The notes beneath the pieces were generated by a model. That model saw only the letters and a list, made by a program, of their open reading frames with translations. It was not told the DNA's origin and made no database searches. From Eubacteriales bacterium (GTDB taxonomy: Bacteria; Bacillota; Clostridia; Oscillospirales; CAG-382): a stretch of 64,000 nucleotides of DNA. The stretch spans positions 2,330-66,329 of the forward strand of contig JAZNCU010000031.1 in NCBI GenBank assembly GCA_045587745.1. The letters are read 5' to 3'. The translations under genes and the position numbers were made by a program. Below, in pieces: positions 43,293 to 51,363 of the stretch. Numbering within the stretch: position 1 is the stretch's first letter; each line of letters starts with the position of its first letter.

Positions 43293-43321
43293 ATTATATC
43301 ACGCAATTATTTATTTGGCAA
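43293..43321 (-). promoter_or_regulatory. nfnAB promoter with a flanking inverted repeat
   Basis: On the minus strand: TTGCCA, a 17-bp spacer, then TGaTATAAT. The -10 lies inside the inverted repeat TTGCGT-n9-ACGCAA (43286-43306). Confidence 0.45.
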
Positions 43322-43329
43322 CCTTTTTC

Positions 43330-43358
43330 TTGATTTTTGGATTCATATATAGTATAAT
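43330..43358 (+). promoter_or_regulatory. promoter of mtaD-ahcY-deoD
   Basis: TTGATT (43330-43335), a 17-bp spacer, then TATAAT (43353-43358). Confidence 0.45.
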
Positions 43359-43376
43359 CATGATGAAAAAATATGT

Positions 43377-44648
43377 ATGGACGTGACGGATATGGATATT
43401 CTTATTAAAAACATTCTTATCCCCTGCGGTGACGGCACCGAAAAAAGCAATATTCTTATATCGGACGGCGTTATTTCCGATATCGGAAGCGACGTCACTG
43501 CAACCGAGAGCTGCCGTGTTATAAACGGCGAGAGACGGCTTGCCATCCCCGCCCTAATCAACACCCACACCCACGCATATATGACTCTGATGCGCGGCTG
43601 TGCCGATGATCTTCCGTTTGAAAAATGGCTTTTTGAGGGGGTTATGCCGAGAGAGGACAGGATGCAAAGCGATGCCGCCTACTGGAGCTGTATGCTCGCC
43701 TGTACCGAGATGATAAAAAGCGGCACCGGCACCTTTTGCGATATGCACATGTTCCCCGGCGCATCTGCCGAGGCGGCACTCAAAACAGGTATGCGTGCGG
43801 TCATCACGAGAGGGCTCTCGGGCAGTAACGGCGGCGAGAGGCGGCTTAACGAGCAGTTTGCCGAGATAGAAAAATACGGGCAGGAGGAACGGCTCTCGTT
43901 TATGCTCGCACCTCACGCAATTTACACCTGCGACCGCCCATATCTCGAAAGAATTTCGGCGCTTGCGAGGGAAAAAGACCTCGGCATACACATCCACGTT
44001 TCGGAGGGCATTAACGAGGTGGAGAGCTGTATAAAGGAGCACGGAATATCTCCCGTTGAATATCTTGACTCCCTCGGTCTGCTGAGCGAAAAAACGCTTG
44101 CCGCACACTGTGTACATCTGTCGGACAGGGATATTGGTATATTTGCCGAAAGAGGAGTAAGCGTTTCGGCAAACGCAAAGAGCAACCTCAAGCTCGGAAA
44201 CGGAATTGCTCCGATAGCAAGGCTGGACGAGGCCGGAGTAAACATCTGCCTCGGCACCGATTCGACGGCAAGCAACAACTCGCTTAACCTGTTCTCGGAG
44301 ATGAATTTTACTGCGCTTATCCACAAAGGACTTCACCGTGACCCCACCGTTATTCCCGCCAAAAGGGTATTCGAATACGCCACAAAGGGGGGAGCCAAGG
44401 CTCTGCACCTCGAAAAGGTTGGCGAGCTTGCGGTAGGATGCAGGGCGGATATTGCGCTGCTTAACACCGACTGCCCCTCGATGATACCGCTTGGGGACGT
44501 CAGCTCGGCGCTTTGCTACTCGGCAAACGGAAGCGAGGTCGACACTATGATCATCGACGGACAGACAGTAATGGAAAACAGAACGCTTACCCTCGTCGAC
44601 GAGGAAGAAATAATTTACAACGCCAAAAGATTTGCAAAGGAAGTATAA
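43377..44648 (+). CDS. mtaD: amidohydrolase, 5'-methylthioadenosine/S-adenosylhomocysteine deaminase type
   Basis: ILIKN...PALINTHTHAYMT..RG..DD..L..WL (HxH metal site), LAAHCVHL, and LGTDS.ASNNSLNLF.EM (Asp site). The true start may be the ATG at 43392 (MDILIKN). Confidence 0.8.
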   Translation: MDVTDMDILIKNILIPCGDGTEKSNILISDGVISDIGSDVTATESCRVINGERRLAIPALINTHTHAYMTLMRGCADDLPFEKWLFEGVMPREDRMQSDAAYWSCMLACTEMIKSGTGTFCDMHMFPGASAEAALKTGMRAVITRGLSGSNGGERRLNEQFAEIEKYGQEERLSFMLAPHAIYTCDRPYLERISALAREKDLGIHIHVSEGINEVESCIKEHGISPVEYLDSLGLLSEKTLAAHCVHLSDRDIGIFAERGVSVSANAKSNLKLGNGIAPIARLDEAGVNICLGTDSTASNNSLNLFSEMNFTALIHKGLHRDPTVIPAKRVFEYATKGGAKALHLEKVGELAVGCRADIALLNTDCPSMIPLGDVSSALCYSANGSEVDTMIIDGQTVMENRTLTLVDEEEIIYNAKRFAKEV

Positions 44649-44650
44649 CT

Positions 44651-45901
44651 ATGAGCTACGAAATCAGAGACATCAATCTTTGGGAAAGCGGCGAGCAAAA
44701 GATCGCCTGGGTAAAAGCAAATATGGACCTGCTCAGAGGGATCGAGGAGGATTTTAAGCGCGAAAAGCCCTTTGAGGGGCTGCGTGTTGCCCTCTCGGTG
44801 CACCTCGAGGCAAAAACGGCGTACCTCTGCCGTGTGCTTGCGGCAGGCGGTGCCGAGATGTATATCACGGGAAGCAACCCCCTCTCCACTCAGGACGACG
44901 TTGCGGCGGCTCTGGTTCACGGAGGGCTTAATGTCTACGCCTTCCACGGCTGTACCGACGAGGAGTACGAGCGTCATATATCCATGGTAATATCCGAGGG
45001 ACGCCCCAACATCATCATCGACGACGGCGGCGACCTCGTTCACCTCATTCACACAAAATACCGTGAGCTTCTTGACGGCGTTATCGGCGGATGCGAGGAG
45101 ACCACCACGGGTATCGTAAGGCTTCATTCGATGGCACGTCAGGGCGTGCTCGAGTTTCCGATGGTGCTGGTAAACGACGCAGACTGCAAGCACCTTTTTG
45201 ACAACCGCTACGGCACGGGACAATCGGTCTGGGACGGCATCAACCGTACCACCAACCTCATCGTTGCAGGAAAAAAGGTTGTTGTTGCGGGCTACGGCTG
45301 GTGCGGCAAGGGTGTTGCAATGCGTGCAAAGGGGCTGGGCGCATCGGTTATCGTTACCGAGGTCGATCCCATCCGTGCTATGGAGGCGGTTATGGACGGA
45401 TTTGCCGTTATGCCTATGAGCGAGGCGGCAAAGGAGGGCGATTTCTTCTGCACCGTTACGGGTAACTGCGAGATTATCACAAAAGAGCATTTTCCGCTTC
45501 TCAAGGACGGAGCAATCCTCACCAACGCAGGACACTTTGACGTTGAGGTGGATATGAAGGCTCTGCGTGAGTGCGCCGTCGAAACCAAAGAGGCGCGCAA
45601 CAACATTATGGGCTACAAGCTCGAGAACGGAAACTGGGTATACGTTATTGCCGAGGGCAGACTCGTAAACATCTGTGCAGGCGACGGACACCCTGCTGAG
45701 ATAATGGATATGTCCTTTGCGATCCAGGCACTTTCGGCACTTTTCCTCGTTAAAAACAAAGGAAGCATCACCGAGAAGCTCCAAAAGGTTCCTGCCGAGG
45801 TCGACCGTGAGGTTGCCTCGAGAAAGCTCGCGTTCTGGGGCTGTAAGATCGACACACTGACCGAGCGCCAAAAGGAATATATGGGCGCCTGGCAGCACTG
45901 A
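44651..45901 (+). CDS. ahcY: adenosylhomocysteinase (short, archaeal/Thermotoga-like form)
   Basis: Y.IRDINL...G..KI.W....M, IIIDDGGDL, EETTTG, NDA.CKHLFDNRYGTG.S and VVAGYGWCGKGVA. The start at 44651 lies 2 nt after the mtaD stop, and I reject the ORF-track start at 44513. Confidence 0.95.
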   Translation: MSYEIRDINLWESGEQKIAWVKANMDLLRGIEEDFKREKPFEGLRVALSVHLEAKTAYLCRVLAAGGAEMYITGSNPLSTQDDVAAALVHGGLNVYAFHGCTDEEYERHISMVISEGRPNIIIDDGGDLVHLIHTKYRELLDGVIGGCEETTTGIVRLHSMARQGVLEFPMVLVNDADCKHLFDNRYGTGQSVWDGINRTTNLIVAGKKVVVAGYGWCGKGVAMRAKGLGASVIVTEVDPIRAMEAVMDGFAVMPMSEAAKEGDFFCTVTGNCEIITKEHFPLLKDGAILTNAGHFDVEVDMKALRECAVETKEARNNIMGYKLENGNWVYVIAEGRLVNICAGDGHPAEIMDMSFAIQALSALFLVKNKGSITEKLQKVPAEVDREVASRKLAFWGCKIDTLTERQKEYMGAWQH

Positions 45902-45920
45902 TATAATTAGGGAGAAGATT

Positions 45921-46628
45921 ATGGCTACACCTCACAATTCGGCAAACATCGGCGATATAGCCGAAACCGTGCTTATGTGCGGCGATCCTCTGAGAATCAA
46001 ATATATCGCAGAGAAGTTTTTGGAAAACCCCGTATGCTTTAACACCGTAAGAGGAATGCTCGGATTCACGGGTACCTACAAGGGAAAAAGAATTTCGGTC
46101 ATGGGACACGGAATGGGCATTCCCTCTATGGCGATCTACGTCACCGAGCTTATCAACGTTTACGGTGTAAAAACAATCATCCGTGCGGGAAGCGCAGGTG
46201 CGATCTCGCACAGCGTTGAGCTGAGAGATATCGTTATTGCTCAGGGTGCCTGCACCGACAGCAGCTTTGCGTGGCAGTTTGATATCCCCGGCACATTTGC
46301 GCCCATAGGCGATTACGGTCTGCTCAAGGCGGTCGACGCTCAGGCAGAGAGCATGGGGCTCGACGTCAAGGTGGGCAATATCTACTCCACCGACGTTTTT
46401 TACGCTCCCGACGGCACCAACGAGCGTTTTGAAAAAATGGGTGTGCTTGCGGTTGAGATGGAGGCGGCAGGGCTGTATATGCTTGCCGCAAAGCACGGCG
46501 TGCGTGCTCTTTGCGTATGCACCATCAGCGACCATCTTGCAAAACAGGAGTTTCTCTCTACCGAGGAACGCCAGACCGGCTTTGACAAAATGCTGACACT
46601 GTGCCTGGAAACAGTTTGTAAGGAGTAA
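45921..46628 (+). CDS. deoD: purine nucleoside phosphorylase, DeoD type
   Basis: TPH..A..GDIA..VLM.GDPLR.KYIAE.FLE, GHGMGIPS, and VEMEAAGLY....HG..AL...T.SDH. Confidence 0.9.
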   Translation: MATPHNSANIGDIAETVLMCGDPLRIKYIAEKFLENPVCFNTVRGMLGFTGTYKGKRISVMGHGMGIPSMAIYVTELINVYGVKTIIRAGSAGAISHSVELRDIVIAQGACTDSSFAWQFDIPGTFAPIGDYGLLKAVDAQAESMGLDVKVGNIYSTDVFYAPDGTNERFEKMGVLAVEMEAAGLYMLAAKHGVRALCVCTISDHLAKQEFLSTEERQTGFDKMLTLCLETVCKE

Positions 46629-46632
46629 CGGA

Positions 46633-49600
46633 ATGAAAAAATTTGCAGTATTGTTGATCGCTCTCGTTATGCTTCTCACTGCCTGCGGTCAGACGGTCGA
46701 GGAGATCAGCGAAAACGTTGAAAGCACTCCCTCGGAGGAAAACATGGGACCTACGGTAAACAAAATCGTCAGCGTAGGCAAGTCCTACACTCTGAAGCAG
46801 ACCCCCAACGAGCACTACCCCGACTTTTTTGACCAACAGCTGACCGACGGTGTACGCGCAACTGATTTCGGTGTGCATTATACCGACCCGAGAACGGTTG
46901 GATTCGCCGGTAACGTAACCGCTGTTATCGACCTCGGTGACGTCTACATGGTAACCGATGTTATCGCACGTGTCATAGATATGAACTCCGACGGAGTTGG
47001 TATTGCCGACTCGGTTATCGTTCAGGGCTCGGTTGACGGCAAAAAATACTCGCTTATCGGCAGATCGAGATTCGTGTCCTCGGGACTCAATACCATGAGC
47101 ACCTGCAAGCTTTCGGCAGAAGAGCCTACCGAATTCCGATACATCAAGGTTTACATCACCCGTTCTGCCGGCTTCCACTTTGTGTTCCTCGATGAGATCG
47201 AGGTTTATGCCGACGTTCCCACAGGCGACGTTGTTCCCGCGTACGAGCTCGCATACCAAAGCGAGAGCATCGATCGCACCGCCTGGAAGGCGCTCTCAAC
47301 GGGTGTTGAGGCAAATCCCAAATACAGCAATAACGTTATCGCAGAATGCGGATATTCCTTTGAAAACTGCGTGTTTGACGAGCGTGCTCCTCAGAACGAC
47401 GAGTTTCTTACCGACGGCGAGCGCACCTCACGTCATTTCGGCGAGAACGTTTTTGTGGGTATCAACTCGGACGGAAGCACCGCCCCCTCGGTCACCGTAA
47501 AAACCCCGATGCTATACAACAATATTTACGCTTTTAAGGTATACGCCCTCGGCGCAGGCGCAGACCTTGAGCTCCCGGCATATATCGACGTATACGGCTC
47601 GGAGGACGGAAAGGCCTATACTTTTGTCGGCAGAATGTACGCTCCTGCCGCTACCGAGCATTATACCTATACCCTTATCCTCAGCGAATATATCTCGGCA
47701 AGGTATTACAAATTCGAGTTCCCGACCATACAGGCAAACTACTGGATAGAAGAAATAGAGATATTTGAGGGTCTTGACGAGAAGCCCGATAACGGACTTT
47801 ATCCCGACCTCTGCTTCCCCACCGTGACAGAGGATATCTATTGGGATTCCTCCGAGGAGGATTACTCCGAGGTACAAAACCTTCTCATCGGCGCAGACCA
47901 GCAGGTAGCCGCAATGTACTGCGACGATCTTTCGCTCTTCCCTGACACCGATAAGAAATTCAGTCCCTATGATTTCAAGGGGCTTGCCGACGGAAAATAC
48001 GCAAAGAGCTACGAGTGCTACTCGGGCGAGTACTTTTTCTCGGTTTCTACTCTGGGAGCGCAGGGCTACAGTAACTGTCTTGACTTTTTCTACGACCTCG
48101 GACATATTTCCACTATCAAATCGCTCTGCGTAAACCTGCTTGAGAGACCGGACTACGGCATCAAACGTCCCAGATTTATCACGGTATTTCTGTCCGAGGA
48201 CGGCGACACCTGGTACAACGTAGGCGAATATACAATGAAGAAAGGCGAGATTGGTACTACAGCCCAACACCTCAAGTTCGACTTCCCTCTCGAAACTGAA
48301 TACGCCGCAAGGTTCGTGAGGTTCCGTGTTGAGCAGAACCAGGGTCCCTTCTTTATATTTATTGACGAGCTCGAGGCTTTCGGAACAAAAAAGGTTTCGG
48401 AAAAAACCGCCCGTATCTCCGATAGCGGACTCGATCCCGTTATTTACTACACCAACAAAGAGCGTGAGCAGTACGTTACTCTCGAGACCTCGTCCGTTAA
48501 CTCACAGGATCAGGTCCTCATTATGCCCGATTACGGCGATGAGAACACTCTGCTTCCCATGCTTGCATATCTCGACGAGAACGGAAATATCACCGACACG
48601 ATGTTTGACGGAGTTATTTACTGGACTCTCAAATCCTTCGACTCGGGCATTCAGTCATACCAGCCCAGCAAAAAATCGGATTGGCTCGACATATTCCAAA
48701 AGACCTTTACCGGCGTTAACGGACTCGACCGTGTAAACGAGGTTGCAGGTCAGGTCAAGGAGGCGCTCGGACTCACCGATTACACTGTTAAGGTTTACGT
48801 TTCCACCCTTACTCTGCGTGAGGAGGTCACCGATTTCGGTGGCGTTGCCGGCGACGGCATCTCCGAGAATCTATCTGTAGAGGCCGACAGAAGAAAGGTT
48901 GCCGAGTGGTACGTTGACCTCGTTATGCGTGAATTCAACAATCGAGGCTACGAGCATATCGTGCTCGACGGATTCAATTACGTTGACGAGAGCATCGGAT
49001 TTGAAACCGACAACTCCTACACCGTCCGTGAAATAGGCGATGCCGTTAAGGCGGCAGGCAGCAACTACATCTGGATCCCCTACTACGTTGCATCCCGTTT
49101 CTATCTCGGAAGCGAGCTCAATTTTGATGCAGTATGTATGCAGATGAACTACGTATTTGACTCCGATGCTCCCGAGTACCGTATCCATTCCTCTGCCGAA
49201 ATGACAAAAAGACTGCAGTTCGGAATTGAGATGGAGCATACGAGACAGTGCTTCGGCGACAGGCTTTACGCCCGCCAGTATATGAAATACCTTGAGTACG
49301 GCATGGTTTACGGATACCACGAGGGTATTCATATGTACTATCAGGACTACGAGAATTACACCAGAATGTGCTACTCGGGCGATCCCCTCTGCCGTATGCA
49401 GTACGATGCCACCTACGAGTACATAAAGGGCACTCTGGATGTCACCCCCGACGTGCGTGAAAAGCTCTCGTTCAGCACCGCCAAGGACAGCATCCTCTGC
49501 GAAACGCTCAATCCCGAGGCAACCGTCACCGAGCTCTACGTTCTTTCCTCGGCACCCGAGCACGGAAGCGTTTCCATCACCGACGACGGACGGTTTATTT

Positions 49601-49704
49601 ACTTTCCCGATAAAGGCTACACCGGCACCGACAGCTTCAGCTACACCTACAGCGAGTTCCTCAGCCAGTCCGAGCCCTGCACCGTTGAGATCACCGTCGG
49701 ATAA
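46633..49704 (+). CDS. large lipoprotein with three discoidin (F5/8 type C)-like modules, a possibly DUF4855-like region and a C-terminal Ig/cadherin-like module
   Basis: Lipobox LLTACG. Three module ends have the discoidin-type pattern (RYIKVYITRSAGFHFVFLDEIEVYA, RYYKFEFPTIQANYWIEEIEIFEG and RFVRFRVEQNQGPFFIFIDELEAFG). The C-terminus is GSVSITDDGRFIYFPDKGYTGTDSFSYTY. Confidence 0.6.
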   Translation: MKKFAVLLIALVMLLTACGQTVEEISENVESTPSEENMGPTVNKIVSVGKSYTLKQTPNEHYPDFFDQQLTDGVRATDFGVHYTDPRTVGFAGNVTAVIDLGDVYMVTDVIARVIDMNSDGVGIADSVIVQGSVDGKKYSLIGRSRFVSSGLNTMSTCKLSAEEPTEFRYIKVYITRSAGFHFVFLDEIEVYADVPTGDVVPAYELAYQSESIDRTAWKALSTGVEANPKYSNNVIAECGYSFENCVFDERAPQNDEFLTDGERTSRHFGENVFVGINSDGSTAPSVTVKTPMLYNNIYAFKVYALGAGADLELPAYIDVYGSEDGKAYTFVGRMYAPAATEHYTYTLILSEYISARYYKFEFPTIQANYWIEEIEIFEGLDEKPDNGLYPDLCFPTVTEDIYWDSSEEDYSEVQNLLIGADQQVAAMYCDDLSLFPDTDKKFSPYDFKGLADGKYAKSYECYSGEYFFSVSTLGAQGYSNCLDFFYDLGHISTIKSLCVNLLERPDYGIKRPRFITVFLSEDGDTWYNVGEYTMKKGEIGTTAQHLKFDFPLETEYAARFVRFRVEQNQGPFFIFIDELEAFGTKKVSEKTARISDSGLDPVIYYTNKEREQYVTLETSSVNSQDQVLIMPDYGDENTLLPMLAYLDENGNITDTMFDGVIYWTLKSFDSGIQSYQPSKKSDWLDIFQKTFTGVNGLDRVNEVAGQVKEALGLTDYTVKVYVSTLTLREEVTDFGGVAGDGISENLSVEADRRKVAEWYVDLVMREFNNRGYEHIVLDGFNYVDESIGFETDNSYTVREIGDAVKAAGSNYIWIPYYVASRFYLGSELNFDAVCMQMNYVFDSDAPEYRIHSSAEMTKRLQFGIEMEHTRQCFGDRLYARQYMKYLEYGMVYGYHEGIHMYYQDYENYTRMCYSGDPLCRMQYDATYEYIKGTLDVTPDVREKLSFSTAKDSILCETLNPEATVTELYVLSSAPEHGSVSITDDGRFIYFPDKGYTGTDSFSYTYSEFLSQSEPCTVEITVG

Positions 49705-49721
49705 TATTCCTGTTTCAAAAA

Positions 49722-49857
49722 ACAACAGAAAATCCGCCAAACGGCGGATTTTTCTTACATATTACTTTTTTCTGTACTCTGCTACGGCTTCGCTGTCAGC
49801 CGTCTTTTGAAATTATAATTATTTCCTTTTTTGTGCTCGGGACACTTTTAACTTCCC
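49722..49857. repeat. copy A of a duplicated 136/137-bp intergenic module (contains terminator hairpin 49729-49752)
   Basis: Direct repeat of 49958-50094, differing by 3 substitutions and a 1-nt indel. It begins with AAAATCCGCC-aaac-GGCGGATTTT and has a second hairpin ACGGCT-n8-AGCCGT. Confidence 0.85.
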
Positions 49858-49957
49858 GAAAAGAGGGATAGGAAAAGGCGTTCCGAATGCACAAACGGAT
49901 CCCGAAGGCGTACACTGTACGGCGAGAGGTGACGTTTGTGTATAGCAAAAAAAGGAT

Positions 49958-50094
49958 ACAACAGAAAATCCGCCAAACGGCGGATTTTTCTTACATATTG
50001 CTTTTTTCTGTACTCTGCTACGGCTTCGCTGTCAGCCGTCTTTTTAAATTATAATTATTTCCTTTTTTTGCGCTCGGGACACTTTTAACTTCCC
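49958..50094. repeat. copy B of the duplicated intergenic module (terminator hairpin 49965-49988)
   Basis: See copy A. Copy B ends 2 nt before the hom stop codon. Confidence 0.85.
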
Positions 50095-50096
50095 TC

Positions 50097-51146
50097 TTAA
50101 AACAGCGGGAAGGTTTTTCCGTTAGCCAGGGTGACGGTTTTTTCCTTAAATTCCTCTGCCGAGAGAAGGAATCCCTCCTCGCATTTTTTGCGTACCGAAT
50201 TGTAGCCGTTGCCCTCGATGGCACGGACGATATCCGAGCAAACGGCAGCAGCCGTGGGCAGCGAGCCTGCGCCCTGGCCGTAGAATACCGTCTCACCAAC
50301 GGCACTGCCCGTAACGCTGACGGCGTTAAACGCCTCCTTTACGGCGTGGAAAACGCTGGAATGCCCCACAAGATGAGGCGAAACGGTGATGCCCAGCCTG
50401 TCGCCGCGCACCTCGGCTACCGCAAGCAGTCGGATCACACAGCCAAGCTGCTCGGCAAGGCGGATATCCTCGAGGGTAACCTCCTCGATTCCCTCGATAT
50501 GAGGAATGCTCTCGTAGGAAATATATCTGTCTGCGGCAATACCTGCCAGGATGGCGATTTTTCGGGCGGTGTCAAGACCTGCAAGATCGGCGTGAGGATC
50601 CGCCTCGGCATAGCCGAGCGCCTGCGCCGAAAGAAGCGCCTCCGAAAGGGTTTTGCCCTCGGTTTGCATATGAGTGAGAATGTAGTTGGTAGTGCCGTTG
50701 AGGATGCCTGCTATACGCACTACCTGCTCCGACTCGAAGCAGGTCTTAAGCGGAGCGATAATAGGAATTCCGCCTCCTACCGACGCCTCGTAAAGATAGC
50801 ATACTCCGTTTTCCTCGGCGGCTTTTTCGAGTATATCGCCGTAGCGATCAACAACGGCTTTGTTGGAGGTGACAACGTGCTTGCCGACTTTTATTGCCGC
50901 AAGACTGCAGTTATAGGCAAAATCGAGTCCTCCGAGTGCCTCGACCACAACACCGACCTCGCTGTCCGCAAGAATTTTGTCGTAATCACGGGTAACACGG
51001 TCCTCAAGGGGATGGCCCGGGAAGGAGCGGAGATCGAGAATATATTTGATTTCGGTGTCACAAAGCGGCTTTTTTTTGCAGTTGGCAATAACCTCGTAAA
51101 CGCCGCTGCCAACAGTACCAAAGCCCAGCAAAGCAATTTTTACCAT
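50097..51146 (-). CDS. hom: homoserine dehydrogenase
   Basis: VKIALLGFGTVGSGVYEV (NAD fold), VVTSNKAVV, LYEASVGGGIPII, GILNGTTNYIL and A.ALGYAEADP..D. The start at 51146 lies behind GGCAGGAGA. The ORF-track start at 51206 falls inside the predicted -35. Confidence 0.85.
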   Translation of the reverse strand: MVKIALLGFGTVGSGVYEVIANCKKKPLCDTEIKYILDLRSFPGHPLEDRVTRDYDKILADSEVGVVVEALGGLDFAYNCSLAAIKVGKHVVTSNKAVVDRYGDILEKAAEENGVCYLYEASVGGGIPIIAPLKTCFESEQVVRIAGILNGTTNYILTHMQTEGKTLSEALLSAQALGYAEADPHADLAGLDTARKIAILAGIAADRYISYESIPHIEGIEEVTLEDIRLAEQLGCVIRLLAVAEVRGDRLGITVSPHLVGHSSVFHAVKEAFNAVSVTGSAVGETVFYGQGAGSLPTAAAVCSDIVRAIEGNGYNSVRKKCEEGFLLSAEEFKEKTVTLANGKTFPLF

Positions 51147-51177
51147 AAAATTCTCCTGCCGTAGATAGTTACTCTGT

Positions 51178-51206
51178 ATTTTAGCATACTTCCGACTCAT
51201 TTTCAA
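51178..51206 (-). promoter_or_regulatory. hom promoter
   Basis: On the minus strand: TTGAAA (51206-51201), a 17-bp spacer, then TGcTAAAAT (-10 at 51183-51178). Confidence 0.45.
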
Positions 51207-51297
51207 GACTGTTTACGTTTTTTGCAAAAACCTTTTGAAAAATCAAAAAAATCCTTGCGGCATATAGAATTTCCGGCCCTAATTTGCCGCCATCCCC

Positions 51298-51326
51298 TTG
51301 ATTTTTTACGTGTGCTGTAGTAATAT
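51298..51326 (+). promoter_or_regulatory. promoter of the ABC/DUF1854/ABC (and downstream) transcription unit
   Basis: TTGATT (51298-51303), a 17-bp spacer, then TAATAT (51321-51326). Confidence 0.45.
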
Positions 51327-51363
51327 ATATTAGTTAAATTTTTGTTTTTAGGAGCACATCCCC

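Noticed and set aside
43360-43386. Tiny upstream ORF MMKKYVWT* overlapping the mtaD start region
   Set aside because: It has no Shine-Dalgarno sequence and sits almost at the predicted transcription start. It is most likely a chance feature, and I cannot assess its conservation.
44615-46679. 427-aa and 303-aa minus-strand ORFs (44615-45898 and 45768-46679)
   Set aside because: They are antisense shadows of ahcY and deoD. They have no RBS and no recognisable domains.
49858-49957. The spacer between the two repeat copies considered as a relic of a duplicated hom 3' end
   Set aside because: On the minus strand, the stretch next to copy A translates to ...GTPFPIPLF, which faintly echoes the hom C-terminus GKTFPLF. 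Similarity does not extend further upstream, so the evidence is too weak.
49722-50094. The duplicated 136/137-bp module considered as an IS or MITE, or as a CRISPR-like repeat
   Set aside because: The copies are direct, not inverted. I could not see terminal inverted repeats or target-site duplications. Only two copies are visible and there is no transposase or cas gene. I kept it as a finding only as an unexplained repeat.
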